NCBI GenBank assembly: GCA_034439755.1
Contig: JAWXAZ010000008.1
Coordinates: 44,797-108,796, forward strand
Source of the DNA: a bacterium
Lineage (GTDB): Bacteria; Bacteroidota; Bacteroidia; UKL13-3
Length of the DNA stretch: 64,000 nt
Direction of reading: 5' to 3'
Shown here: one piece after another, positions 29,274 to 39,145 of the stretch
How the letters are laid out: every line of letters begins with the position of its first letter
Numbering within the stretch: position 1 is the first letter of the stretch
Notes under the pieces: model-generated
What the model was told of the DNA's origin: nothing
The model's database searches: none
Seen by the model: only the letters and a program-made list of their open reading frames with translations
Translations under genes and position numbers: made by a program

Positions 29274-30626
29274 ATGAGAAAAGCTAAAATTCATCTTTCC
29301 CTCCTATTTATTGGTTTTCTGGTTGTTTCCAGTAATCTTTTTGGTCAGTCCAAAATTATTTTAGACAAGCAATCTGGTGGGGGTTATTGCAATAAATATT
29401 TCGACTTAGGAGATCATGGATTTGCATTAGTTTTTAACAAGAATAAGGACTTAGAGGAAGGGTATGGGGCAAGTGCGACACTTCAAAACAATGTCTTTTA
29501 TTATAGCAAAGATCTCGTAAAAAGAGCGAATTTTAAAATATCCACCAATGGGCAATTTTCATTGTATGCGAGTAAAAATTATTTATTTGTAGTTGATAGG
29601 TTAAGTACAAAATATTGGGTAAGGGTTTTAAATTTTAATGGTCAAGAACTGGCCAGTAAAAAGTTTGACATTGGAGCCATTGGATTAAATTATGACTTGG
29701 TTAGTAAAATTCATTTTACCGCTTTAGGCAAGATGATTTTTGAGGTTTATGATGGCTTGGAAGACTTACACATTTATCAAATTAGCTTACTTGAAACACA
29801 AGAAAGCGGTTTAAAAGAAATTGACATTCCATTTCCTAGTTCAAACCCGTTAGAGAACTTAAAGTATCAGGGAAAATGGAAGTTGACTGCAGAGAATATG
29901 GGTTATTATATTTTGGCAAGAAAAGGTGCTAATTCTGAGTACGACCCAAATGCAATTGCTTATCAAATTGCGTTTTATGATGAAGAATTTGGGTTGTTTA
30001 GAGAATTGCTGTTAGATAATATTTTAACAGAAAACGCGCAAATGATTGGAAAAGACGCCTCTTTTAGTTTAAACCCTACCCTTCAAAGTTTTATTGTAAC
30101 CTGTAATATTATAAAGAACGGTAAAGTTGGTTTTATGGTGGCAAATTATGGCATGAATGCCAATTCAAATGTCATGAAATTATTTTGGCAGAAAGAATTC
30201 GAATTAATCAACAATGTTAAATATAGAATTGTAGAATTAGATGGCATAAGTGTTCCTGCCCCGCCGGTTATCATGAACAAGGGCGACCAGGTGATTGTAT
30301 GCTTAAACAAGGGTCGCAGCAATGTTCAAGAGGAATCCATCAACCAAATGGTGGTATTTGATGGTCAAGGTAATAATACCTTTAACGCAATTCAAATGGG
30401 TAATTATGAGCAATTAAATTTGGATGGATTTTGTGTTGACAATGACAATTTATATAGCCGCATTAAGAAGCTACAAATTGCTACTGTGTTGAAACCCTAT
30501 TGTGAGCTTCAGAATATTGAGGTATTAGATATTGATTTGGATGCAATGGGAAATGAGTTGGCCATTGTTCGAAATTATGATATCAGCAAAAACCAAATAA
30601 TCATTTACCGTTTTACTAAAAGATAA
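29274..30626 (+). CDS. hypothetical secreted protein
   Basis: 450 aa with signal peptide LLFIGFLVVSSNLFGQ. Starts 3 nt after the accC stop. No domain recognised. Confidence 0.65.
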   Translation: MRKAKIHLSLLFIGFLVVSSNLFGQSKIILDKQSGGGYCNKYFDLGDHGFALVFNKNKDLEEGYGASATLQNNVFYYSKDLVKRANFKISTNGQFSLYASKNYLFVVDRLSTKYWVRVLNFNGQELASKKFDIGAIGLNYDLVSKIHFTALGKMIFEVYDGLEDLHIYQISLLETQESGLKEIDIPFPSSNPLENLKYQGKWKLTAENMGYYILARKGANSEYDPNAIAYQIAFYDEEFGLFRELLLDNILTENAQMIGKDASFSLNPTLQSFIVTCNIIKNGKVGFMVANYGMNANSNVMKLFWQKEFELINNVKYRIVELDGISVPAPPVIMNKGDQVIVCLNKGRSNVQEESINQMVVFDGQGNNTFNAIQMGNYEQLNLDGFCVDNDNLYSRIKKLQIATVLKPYCELQNIEVLDIDLDAMGNELAIVRNYDISKNQIIIYRFTKR

Positions 30627-30675
30627 AATCTCCTTTTTTGTTAGGTTAATTAGTAAAGTGACTTAGGTATAAAGT

Positions 30676-31530
30676 TTACCTCAAAATAAACCGTGTTTGG
30701 GTTATTCCATAACCTGTAAAGGAACCTATTGCCCCATCCACATTAGAAGAAACAGAGACCGGTGTTGCAAATGGTCCGCCATTGTTGGCCGCATTCCTAA
30801 AAGAATCCCAAAACAAGTATTCTTGTCGGCCAATTTGCGAAAGATAAACATTCACGGTATCGCCATATTTAAAAGGATTTAACATGATAAAAGGCCGCGT
30901 TTGGTTGTTTATTTGTGCATCGTCAAAAGTATAAAATCGATCGCCATATCCCCACCCTGTTAGTAGTGGCAGGAATCCTTTTTTAAGCACAATTCTATAA
31001 TTATTTTGTTCGGGACCATCGAACCAGTCGAAGTAGAAATAGGCATTTGTGTCCTTTTGATTTGGTTTAAGCCAATAATGTGTGCTGTCTATAGTTACAG
31101 GTTTTGGGATGTAGGTTTTGCCAGTAACTTTTCTTCCATCTACAAGCTCTATTTCTAATAGGTAAGCTTTATCTACAACGCCAGTAAACAAGGGATTGAC
31201 ATAGATGCCTGGATACACTGCATTTGCTATATCATAAAATCGTATTCTGTTGTTTGGTTCAAACAGGGTATCTTTTCCTATAACATTGCCTTGGGTAATA
31301 TAAACTTTTGCACCGCTAACAGCTGCAAGGTCTAGGCTCGGATTAAAATAATCCAAGGTATTTGATAAGACAACATAATTAAGTGTTGGCGATAATTGGT
31401 TGATGGATGCTTCCACTACCAGTTCAATTTTTGAAGCAGGGAGGTCTATCTTTATTTCCTTTTCGCATGAAGTTAAGATTGATAAGGCTATAGCCAACAA
31501 AGTCCAATTATACTTTTTAATTTTATTCAT
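30676..31530 (-). CDS. lipoprotein, probable DUF4249-type partner of the TonB-dependent receptor
   Basis: Signal peptide with an LTSC lipobox; 284 aa. Starts 3 nt downstream of the receptor gene. The family call rests on context and size only. Confidence 0.6.
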   Translation of the reverse strand: MNKIKKYNWTLLAIALSILTSCEKEIKIDLPASKIELVVEASINQLSPTLNYVVLSNTLDYFNPSLDLAAVSGAKVYITQGNVIGKDTLFEPNNRIRFYDIANAVYPGIYVNPLFTGVVDKAYLLEIELVDGRKVTGKTYIPKPVTIDSTHYWLKPNQKDTNAYFYFDWFDGPEQNNYRIVLKKGFLPLLTGWGYGDRFYTFDDAQINNQTRPFIMLNPFKYGDTVNVYLSQIGRQEYLFWDSFRNAANNGGPFATPVSVSSNVDGAIGSFTGYGITQTRFILR

Positions 31531-31533
31531 TTG

Positions 31534-33912
31534 TTAAAATTTAAAATTCCATTGCACCGAAGGGAGAATTGGGAATAAATAAACCATAAAAGCTTTAACT
31601 GTTTGGCTTTCTATATCTGGGAGGAAATAGATAAAATAAGGATTAGCCCTGTTATAAATATTATAAACGCTAAAGTTCCAACTGCTCTCAAATTTTTTTG
31701 ATTGCTTGGCTATGTATGTAAATGAAACATCGGCCCGGTGATATGCAGGAAGTCTAAAAGAATTAACCGCACCATATTTGTCTACAAAAACAAATTTGGG
31801 TTCGCCGCTTATTGGATCAATGCCATATCTATATGCATATCGAGAGTCTGGCAAGGTTGTGGCATTGCCGGTACCATAAACAAACACAAAGCTTCCCGAC
31901 CATTTCTTCGTTATTTCATAACTCAATAAAACAGAAATATCATGTGTTCTATCGTACCTATAAAAGTATGCTTTTCCATTGTTCAATTCATCAAATTGGC
32001 GGGTTGTTTTACTCCAAGTATAGCCTACCCATCCATTTAACCTACCCGTTTTTTTTCTTAAAAAAAGTTCAAGCCCATAACTTTTTCCCTCACCAAAAAT
32101 CATTTCGTATTCTAAATTCTGATTAAAAAAAAGAGAAGCGCCTGGCTTAAATTCAATTTGGTTTTTCATAGGTTTGTAATAAATCTCGGCGGAAGATTCA
32201 TACGCATTTTGTCTAAAATTCCTAAAATACCCCAAGGCATATTGCCGGGCCATTTGGGGTTTAACCAATTTACTACTAGGTACCCATAAGTCGACCGGAA
32301 ATTGCGCTCCAGAGGTTGTTGCAAGGTGTAAAAACTGATAGGTTTGCGTATAGGATGTCTTTATGCTCGACTCCTCATTTACAAGATAAGTAAAGCTAAA
32401 ACGAGGCTCCAATCTTGGATAAAAGGCAATGGTTTCACCTGTTTTGTAGGATATTGTATATTGGGTAGGCAGTTGAGTTGCCTCGTCGAATTCTGCTTGA
32501 GAATATGGGCCAACGAGTTGAAAAGCCACTGCCCTTAATCCATAATTTACGGTCCACCTTTGATTAATATTCCACTCATCTAAAATATAGGCAGCATATT
32601 CATGGGCATATTGTTTTTGAATGGCTTGGTCGATTTGGGTACTGCCGATATTACCTGTAAGAATGCCTGGTTGAAAGGTATGAAAAGTATAATTAAAGCC
32701 AAACTTCACTTGGTGGTTTTCGTATGGAAACCAAGTAAAATCACTTTTTAAATTCCAGTCTAACAAATTACTTCTTACTTTAAATCCACCAGCACCAAAA
32801 TTAAAGTCATTAAACAATTCGTATCTATTGAAGATGACACTGGTATTGCAAAACAACTTTGAATTAAACACGTGATTCCATCTTGCCGTAGCAGTGCTAT
32901 TTCCCCATCCAAAATTGAAATTTACACTCGAATTAAACTGGCTTTTATAATCCAAAATATCCCTGCCAAAGTAGCCAGAAATGAAAATTCTATCTTTCTG
33001 CCCCAAGATAAAACTCATTTTTAAATTCATGTCATAGAAATAATAGCTATTCCCCTTTATGTCTTGTGGTAAAAATGGTTTTGCCAATAAATCAATATAG
33101 GTTCTTCTGGCTGAAACCAAAAAACTACTTTTGCCTTTTTCGATGGGACCTTCGGCAGAGAGTCGGGTAGAAATTAGTCCCACTCCTCCGCTATACTTAT
33201 AATTCTGGTTATTCCCATCCCTCATGCTCACGTTGAGGATGGATGACAATCTACCTCCATAATTGGCAGGCATACCGCCCTTAATAATATCAATTCCTTT
33301 TACCGCATCGGAGTTGAATACCGACAAAAAACCAAACAAATGAGATGGATTATAAACAACTGCCTCATCCATTAAAATTAGGTTTTGATCTGGTCCGCCA
33401 CCTCTAACATAAAACCCTGTGCTCGCTTCTCCACCACTTTTTATTCCTGGTAGCAAAGTAATTGCTTTGAGCACATCTGGCTCACCAAAAATAACGGGGA
33501 GCGATTTAAGTTTTTCTCCACTAATCTCAATCCTACTCATTTCGGTGCTCCTTACGTTTTTGTCTAAACGCTCGCCCGAAATCACTACCTCCCTGCCAAT
33601 ATTAGTTTGAGGAACAAGTTCAATTTGAAAATTTAGTCCGTTTTCCTTTTTAAATTGAATGACTTTAGATTTATACCCAACATAAGAGCAAATAAAAATG
33701 TAGTTAAAGCTCGATACGTTGATAGAAAAGAACCCATAGGCATTTGTAACGGTTCCCGAAGTACCTTGCTTATTTCTGATACTTGCGCCAATTAAAGTTT
33801 CTCCAGTTGTGCTATCTTTAATATAGCCACTTACATTGAAGGATTGCGCCCTTGCATTTAAAGAAAAAGTAAAGCAAAAAAGAAAGAAAACAAATAGGCT
33901 TCTAAAGGTCAT
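31534..33912 (-). CDS. TonB-dependent outer-membrane receptor with CarboxypepD_reg-like N-terminal domain
   Basis: ATG 33912 gives MTFRSLFVFFLF...ARAQ. N-terminal FNVSGYIKDSTTGETLIGASI, then a plug region and a long barrel with alternating aromatic residues, ending in ...WNFKF. Confidence 0.85.
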   Translation of the reverse strand: MTFRSLFVFFLFCFTFSLNARAQSFNVSGYIKDSTTGETLIGASIRNKQGTSGTVTNAYGFFSINVSSFNYIFICSYVGYKSKVIQFKKENGLNFQIELVPQTNIGREVVISGERLDKNVRSTEMSRIEISGEKLKSLPVIFGEPDVLKAITLLPGIKSGGEASTGFYVRGGGPDQNLILMDEAVVYNPSHLFGFLSVFNSDAVKGIDIIKGGMPANYGGRLSSILNVSMRDGNNQNYKYSGGVGLISTRLSAEGPIEKGKSSFLVSARRTYIDLLAKPFLPQDIKGNSYYFYDMNLKMSFILGQKDRIFISGYFGRDILDYKSQFNSSVNFNFGWGNSTATARWNHVFNSKLFCNTSVIFNRYELFNDFNFGAGGFKVRSNLLDWNLKSDFTWFPYENHQVKFGFNYTFHTFQPGILTGNIGSTQIDQAIQKQYAHEYAAYILDEWNINQRWTVNYGLRAVAFQLVGPYSQAEFDEATQLPTQYTISYKTGETIAFYPRLEPRFSFTYLVNEESSIKTSYTQTYQFLHLATTSGAQFPVDLWVPSSKLVKPQMARQYALGYFRNFRQNAYESSAEIYYKPMKNQIEFKPGASLFFNQNLEYEMIFGEGKSYGLELFLRKKTGRLNGWVGYTWSKTTRQFDELNNGKAYFYRYDRTHDISVLLSYEITKKWSGSFVFVYGTGNATTLPDSRYAYRYGIDPISGEPKFVFVDKYGAVNSFRLPAYHRADVSFTYIAKQSKKFESSWNFSVYNIYNRANPYFIYFLPDIESQTVKAFMVYLFPILPSVQWNFKF

Positions 33913-34009
33913 TTCCAAAAATACGTGTTATTTAATTAAGTTAACAAGCTAACGGATCATTTGTTCAGCTATTGTCCTATCAAATTTACATAAAAATAAA
34001 AATCAAATT

Positions 34010-34780
34010 CTAATGATCGGCAGTTTTACTTTTGCTAAAAAGGCTCTTTAATTTAACTGCTGGAACCCATATTTTAGATAGCATAAACTTTAAAGGATTT
34101 TCCTTTTTTACATGCCAAACAGTGGTTCTACTCGATTCTTGCTGATTTTCATGCATGGTATAAGCGTATGCTGCAATTGAGGTTCTATACTTACCTTCTG
34201 GGAAATTAATTGGATCGTACCCATGTAAAGTATAACCCCTACAATGCATAATGGCTAACCTGTTAAAAGGCACATCCACTTCTGTTTTATCTCCAGTTCT
34301 GCCATCTTCCAGCCGAAGCTCGCCACGGTGCTCTTTTTTCCAATCCTTGTTAATGTATAACAACAGATTTAAATTGCGGTACCAGGTATTGTGTAAAGGA
34401 TGATAATTAAAATCTGCATGCATATCTAAAAAGCTCCCCTTCTTACCTTGGTGTATGCCGCCACCATAAAAAGTAGGATCTATAAATACATTTTCATTAG
34501 TGATATAACTCATTAATTCACCAAAACGGGGACTAATCAAATCCTCATGCAATTCATAAAAAAGTCCACCCATTTCATAGTATTTGCTTTTTTCAAACTT
34601 GTTTTTTGCAAACACATAATCGGCGCTAGGGGTTTCAATATCAGGAATTTGGTTATAAAGTTCTGTGAGTTTTTCCTCATCACACAAACCATCAATTCCT
34701 ATATGAGGAAAAGGTTGAGCCTCAAGAAATAGTTTGCGAAATCTATCTTTATTTTCTTCTAAATAATCAAATCTAATCAT
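34010..34780 (-). CDS. 2OG-Fe(II) oxygenase superfamily protein (prolyl-hydroxylase-like)
   Basis: Start at ATG 34780 (the track uses TTG 34807). Candidate facial triad MHADFNY...TLHGY and the LLLYINKDWKKEHRGELRL segment typical of the PF13640-like fold. Recognised from memory only. Confidence 0.55.
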   Translation of the reverse strand: MIRFDYLEENKDRFRKLFLEAQPFPHIGIDGLCDEEKLTELYNQIPDIETPSADYVFAKNKFEKSKYYEMGGLFYELHEDLISPRFGELMSYITNENVFIDPTFYGGGIHQGKKGSFLDMHADFNYHPLHNTWYRNLNLLLYINKDWKKEHRGELRLEDGRTGDKTEVDVPFNRLAIMHCRGYTLHGYDPINFPEGKYRTSIAAYAYTMHENQQESSRTTVWHVKKENPLKFMLSKIWVPAVKLKSLFSKSKTADH

Positions 34781-34862
34781 CTTAAATTGGTGGTTTTGAG
34801 GGTGCAAATTATCAATAAGGATTGTTTATTCCTATGACAATTCTCTTGGTTGTTAAAATGAC

Positions 34863-36296
34863 TTAATAAATATAAAATGAGAATACTCCCCGACCACCAT
34901 TTGCAAAAATTCCTTCAATAGAAGTTTGGCCTCTTGAAGTCTCCAATGCTTTAATTAAATCATTTACATTGTCGTATTCTTTTTTATTAATGGCTGTAAT
35001 TACAAACCCTTCCTGAATGCCCATTTGAACAATTCTACCTTGCCTGATATTGCTAATCCTGTAACCTGTTTTAATTCCCAACTTATCCTTTTCTATCTTA
35101 GAAATGGGTTGAAAATCGGCTCCAAGTATGTCTGAACCAAAAGTTCCCTTTTTCATGATAGCAGTTGTTCTCTCTTGATTTAATAAAGTAACAATGGCAG
35201 TTTCCTGCTTGCCATTTCTACTGTATAATACTTTGATTTTGTCTTCAGGACGGTGATAGGCAATTTGCTCATCGAAGTTTGCTTTGCTATCAATATCCTT
35301 GTCGTTTAATTTTAAAATTAAATCGCCAGATCTAATGCCCGCTTGTTCGCCAGGACCCTCGGCAAGAACAAAATCAACCAAAACGCCATGGTTATCATTT
35401 AACTTTAATCGCTGCGCGGTGGCCGCATCAACATCCTTAATGTCTATACCCGCAAAGCCCCTTTGAACTTCTTTAAATTCAACCAAATCTTTTACAATTT
35501 TAGCCACAATATTTACGGGAATTGCGAACCCATATCCATTGTAAGATCCGGTATTGCTTGCAATGGCAGTATTTATACCAATGAGCTTGCCGTCTAAATC
35601 AACCAGAGCTCCCCCGCTGTTTCCCGGGTTAATGGCGGCATCTGTTTGAATAAAACTTTCGATGGGAAATTGGTTGTTTACAATATTGATATTTCTTCCT
35701 TTTGCACTCACAATTCCTGCAGTAACAGTTGAGGTAAGGTTAAAAGGATTTCCAACGGCCAAGACCCATTCACCTACCTGAACTTGATCTGAATTGCCAA
35801 GAACTATATGAGGTAAGTTACTTGCATTTATTTTTAACAAGGCCAAGTCGGTTGAAGGGTCAATACCAATTACTTTAGCTTGATAAGACTGCTTGTTGTT
35901 ATTCATGATCACTTCAATTTGATCGGCATTTTTAACCACATGAAAATTGGTGACAATATAACCGTCTGCTGTCATAATAACTCCCGACCCAGAGCTAGCG
36001 ACTGGTCCGCGCCTACCAAAAAAATCCATGCCGTTCCAAAAGTCAAAAAATGGATCTTGGTAGGCTCTTTGATTGGTGAGTGTTTTTATAAAAACCACAC
36101 TTTGAGTGGAGGCTTGAGAAGCCTTCACAAAATCTGCAGATGCCAAAGATGAACCTTTGTAATCTACCGAAGAAATGCTTGTTGAATTGTTTTGAACTGT
36201 TTCAAAAAAAACTGTTTTTTGAGCAAATTGGTTCAGGACGAAAGCGCCTGCAATTCCTCCGGCAAAACCAATTAAAATAGTTGAAATTTTTCTCAT
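34863..36296 (-). CDS. HtrA/DegP-family serine protease with two PDZ domains
   Basis: Trypsin-fold catalytic contexts TNFHVV, DLALLK, GNSGGALV. Two PDZ-like segments and an N-terminal membrane anchor. Confidence 0.88.
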   Translation of the reverse strand: MRKISTILIGFAGGIAGAFVLNQFAQKTVFFETVQNNSTSISSVDYKGSSLASADFVKASQASTQSVVFIKTLTNQRAYQDPFFDFWNGMDFFGRRGPVASSGSGVIMTADGYIVTNFHVVKNADQIEVIMNNNKQSYQAKVIGIDPSTDLALLKINASNLPHIVLGNSDQVQVGEWVLAVGNPFNLTSTVTAGIVSAKGRNINIVNNQFPIESFIQTDAAINPGNSGGALVDLDGKLIGINTAIASNTGSYNGYGFAIPVNIVAKIVKDLVEFKEVQRGFAGIDIKDVDAATAQRLKLNDNHGVLVDFVLAEGPGEQAGIRSGDLILKLNDKDIDSKANFDEQIAYHRPEDKIKVLYSRNGKQETAIVTLLNQERTTAIMKKGTFGSDILGADFQPISKIEKDKLGIKTGYRISNIRQGRIVQMGIQEGFVITAINKKEYDNVNDLIKALETSRGQTSIEGIFANGGRGVFSFYIY

Positions 36297-36361
36297 TATT
36301 AGTCCTGATTTATGTGAAAATAATTATCAATAATTACGCCAAAAAATTAGATAAAACGACT

Positions 36362-37516
36362 TTATTCAGTCACATTAATTTTAACAGTGAGGGTAAGTTC
36401 AGAATTATGCGGATCGTTGGTAATTAACTTAAGCGTTTTGGTGTCTGGTCCCGCCATATTGGTTAAGGTATACAACACATTTAGCTCCACAGTTTTTCCC
36501 TTTGGAACGACCATTTGTGTAAACGATGGATTTAAACAATTGCACGAACGAATTACACGCCTAATAATCAAATCTGTTTTGCCTTTATTGGTGATGGTGA
36601 ATTTGGCTGTTGGCGTATTAAATAATGGAACATTACCTAAATCAATTTCACTTGAATTCAACACCATTTTTGGCGACTTTTTCAACTGATTTTTATCCAT
36701 GACATTAAAATCTTCTACAATATTAGCATTGATATAAAAGATCTTAGTGGGCAAAGAATCGTCGTTGGTATAAATTTTTATTTCTTGCTTCGTAGGTCCA
36801 TATTCTAAAGGTTGTCTTGGGTAATATCTAACCTTTATTTTCATGTCGGTATTAGGAGGAATATTGTCGTAAGGTTGTGTAATCATAACATTATTGGGCG
36901 CATCCACTTTATAAATAAAAATCTTTTTGTTGCTCAAATTAAAAAAGCCAATGTCCACCGAATCGTAGGAAGTATTCTTTACAGCTGGGAAGCTTAATGA
37001 ATTGGTTTTAATGGCCAAATTTCCATATTGATATTTATAGGTATCAGAAAAATTGAATTTAGACGCATAAACATGCCCCTTAATGGTAATAAATTGACTG
37101 TTTGGCGAACCATCAGAAAACACGGTTAAAGATTTATCTAGTTTCCCCTGACGACCATTTGGATCAAAGGTAGCCCTTACCGTTCCGGTATCGCCTGGGT
37201 TTACATATTTTCTGGTCCAATTAGATTGCGTACAACCACAAGTGGTGGTAACATCGGTTATTCTTATTGGCTCTTTACCCACATTTATGAACTTAAAATC
37301 GTGGTAAACTAAGCCCCCCTTTTCATTGATATTGCCAAAATTATAATTGGTATATATGAACTGTAAAATCCCAAGTCCCTGTGAAATAACATTGTTTTTA
37401 TCCTCCACTTTGATTGCTGGGGTCTTTGCGGGAGTATTTTTCTTTTTAGACTGAGCCAAAGCTGCAATTTGAAAATTGGCTAAAATCAGTATGAATAAAC
37501 TTATTTTCTTGATCAT
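36362..37516 (-). CDS. DUF1573 domain-containing protein (multiple repeats)
   Basis: ATG 37516 gives the signal peptide MIKKISLFILILANFQIAALAQ. Repeated modules with the signatures FINVGKEPIRITDVTTTCGCT and ITNKGKTDLIIRRVIRSCNC. Confidence 0.75.
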   Translation of the reverse strand: MIKKISLFILILANFQIAALAQSKKKNTPAKTPAIKVEDKNNVISQGLGILQFIYTNYNFGNINEKGGLVYHDFKFINVGKEPIRITDVTTTCGCTQSNWTRKYVNPGDTGTVRATFDPNGRQGKLDKSLTVFSDGSPNSQFITIKGHVYASKFNFSDTYKYQYGNLAIKTNSLSFPAVKNTSYDSVDIGFFNLSNKKIFIYKVDAPNNVMITQPYDNIPPNTDMKIKVRYYPRQPLEYGPTKQEIKIYTNDDSLPTKIFYINANIVEDFNVMDKNQLKKSPKMVLNSSEIDLGNVPLFNTPTAKFTITNKGKTDLIIRRVIRSCNCLNPSFTQMVVPKGKTVELNVLYTLTNMAGPDTKTLKLITNDPHNSELTLTVKINVTE

Positions 37517-37566
37517 TATATTGAATGTAATTATTAATTGACTATTTATTGGGTAGAATCGTTGCA

Positions 37567-38358
37567 TTACTGCACTATTTCAAAGTTATCTGTATCGAGG
37601 CCAACGGGAAAACTTTCTCGATATTGCATTAATTCATCGTAATTTATATTAACAATATTTACACTAACAGCATCCTTTGCATCCAATATTATTTGGCCCA
37701 AAGGATTAATTGCTCTAGAATTGCCACTGTGGTTTACCCCATTCCCATCAAAACCAATTCTATTAACAGCCACTAAGTACGATTGATTTTCAATGGCCCT
37801 AGCAAGGGTAAGCACCTTCCAATGCTCGGACCTTCTTTCTGGCCAATTTGCCACAAAAATCAACAAATCATAATCGTACTTTTTGGTTCGCCTTATCCAA
37901 ACTGGAAAACGTAAATCGTAACAAATAAAAGGAGCAATTTTCCACCCTTTATAGTTAATAATTACTTGATCCTTGCCTTTCGAATAATGCAATTGCTCCT
38001 CTCCCATTCTAAACAAATGCGCCTTATTATAGAAAGCAGAATTTCCATTCGGTTCGAACCAACAAAAGCGATTGAAGTATTGATTATTTTCTTTGACCAT
38101 CACACTCCCGCAAACAACAGTGCCACATGACGCACTCCAACTTTTCATATATTCCATAGCAGTTTGAAGAGATTCTTCCTCAAACTTTTCTGGCTTCATG
38201 CTAAACCCTGTGCTAAACATTTCTGGCAATACAATGATGTCTGTTTGTGTTGGTATTTGATGAATTATTTGCGCATAATACTCAAGATTTGCTGGCAGGT
38301 TTTCCCAGGCAATTTCTTGTTGTACAAGCGCAATTTTCAAATCAATTTTTCTTTCCAT
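37567..38358 (-). CDS. carbon-nitrogen hydrolase family amidohydrolase (YafV/omega-amidase-like)
   Basis: Glu-Lys-Cys triad contexts IVLPEMF, YNKAHLF, ICYDLRFP. 263 aa. Confidence 0.8.
   Translation of the reverse strand: MERKIDLKIALVQQEIAWENLPANLEYYAQIIHQIPTQTDIIVLPEMFSTGFSMKPEKFEEESLQTAMEYMKSWSASCGTVVCGSVMVKENNQYFNRFCWFEPNGNSAFYNKAHLFRMGEEQLHYSKGKDQVIINYKGWKIAPFICYDLRFPVWIRRTKKYDYDLLIFVANWPERRSEHWKVLTLARAIENQSYLVAVNRIGFDGNGVNHSGNSRAINPLGQIILDAKDAVSVNIVNINYDELMQYRESFPVGLDTDNFEIVQ
38051..38060 (+). repeat. over-represented motif copy (GGTTCGAACC)
   Basis: Exact copy; context CATTCGGTTCGAACCAACAA. Inside the amidohydrolase CDS, antisense to the coding strand (codons read WFEPN). Confidence 0.9.
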
Positions 38359-38367
38359 ATTTGTATT

Positions 38368-38377
38368 GGTTCAGACC
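38368..38377 (-). repeat. over-represented motif copy (GGTCTGAACC)
   Basis: Exact copy; the minus strand reads TTGCACGGTCTGAACCAATA. Located in the 61-nt spacer between the Sir2 stop and the amidohydrolase start. Confidence 0.9.
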
Positions 38378-38419
38378 GTGCAAAAAAACAAAAAAACGAC
38401 TAAATCTCTAAACTTATTA

Positions 38420-39124
38420 TCAAAGATGTTTCAACAAGCGCAACTTTAGTTCTTTCACACCTTCTACGGCAGATTTCTCAATAACTTCAAGCCTATTGTT
38501 ATTAAATTTTACCATGGGCTTTGGGTCAATCAAGTACATAGGATTTTTTGAATTAAAATTGTTTAGCAAACCCGCGGCAGGATAGACTTGAAGGGAGGTG
38601 CCAATGACCAAAAAAATAGCTGCTTTTGCCACAATGGATGCCGCGTTTTCTATGAGAGGAACCGACTCGCCAAACCAAACAATATGCGGCCTTAATTGAC
38701 TTCCTAATTCACACATATCGCCTATAATTAAGTGTGGGCGGTTGATGTTGTAAACAAGATTTGGGTTAAGGGTGCTCCTACTTTTATTAATCTCACCATG
38801 AAGATGGAGTACACTTGAACTTCCGGCACGTTCGTGCAAATCATCCACGTTTTGTGTAATAATTTCAACATTAAAATCTTGTTCTAATTCGGCTAAAATT
38901 TGATGGGCTAAATTAGGCAATGCATTTTGTGAGGAAATTCGCCTTTGGTTATAAAACTCCAAAACCCTTGCTGGATCGGTATTCCAAGCCTCTGGCGTGG
39001 CTACTTCTTCAATTTTATAACCTTCCCACAATCCGCCGCTGTCTCTAAAAGTAGCCAATCCACTTTCGGCACTTATACCTGCGCCGCTTAAAACAACTAA
39101 AAGGGGTTTATTTTTGTCTTTCAT
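38420..39124 (-). CDS. cobB: NAD-dependent protein deacylase, Sir2 family
   Basis: Motifs GAGISAESGLATFRD, QNVDDLHERAG, HLHGE. 234 aa. Confidence 0.88.
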   Translation of the reverse strand: MKDKNKPLLVVLSGAGISAESGLATFRDSGGLWEGYKIEEVATPEAWNTDPARVLEFYNQRRISSQNALPNLAHQILAELEQDFNVEIITQNVDDLHERAGSSSVLHLHGEINKSRSTLNPNLVYNINRPHLIIGDMCELGSQLRPHIVWFGESVPLIENAASIVAKAAIFLVIGTSLQVYPAAGLLNNFNSKNPMYLIDPKPMVKFNNNRLEVIEKSAVEGVKELKLRLLKHL

Positions 39125-39145
39125 TTATGTATATTTACCTGATTT

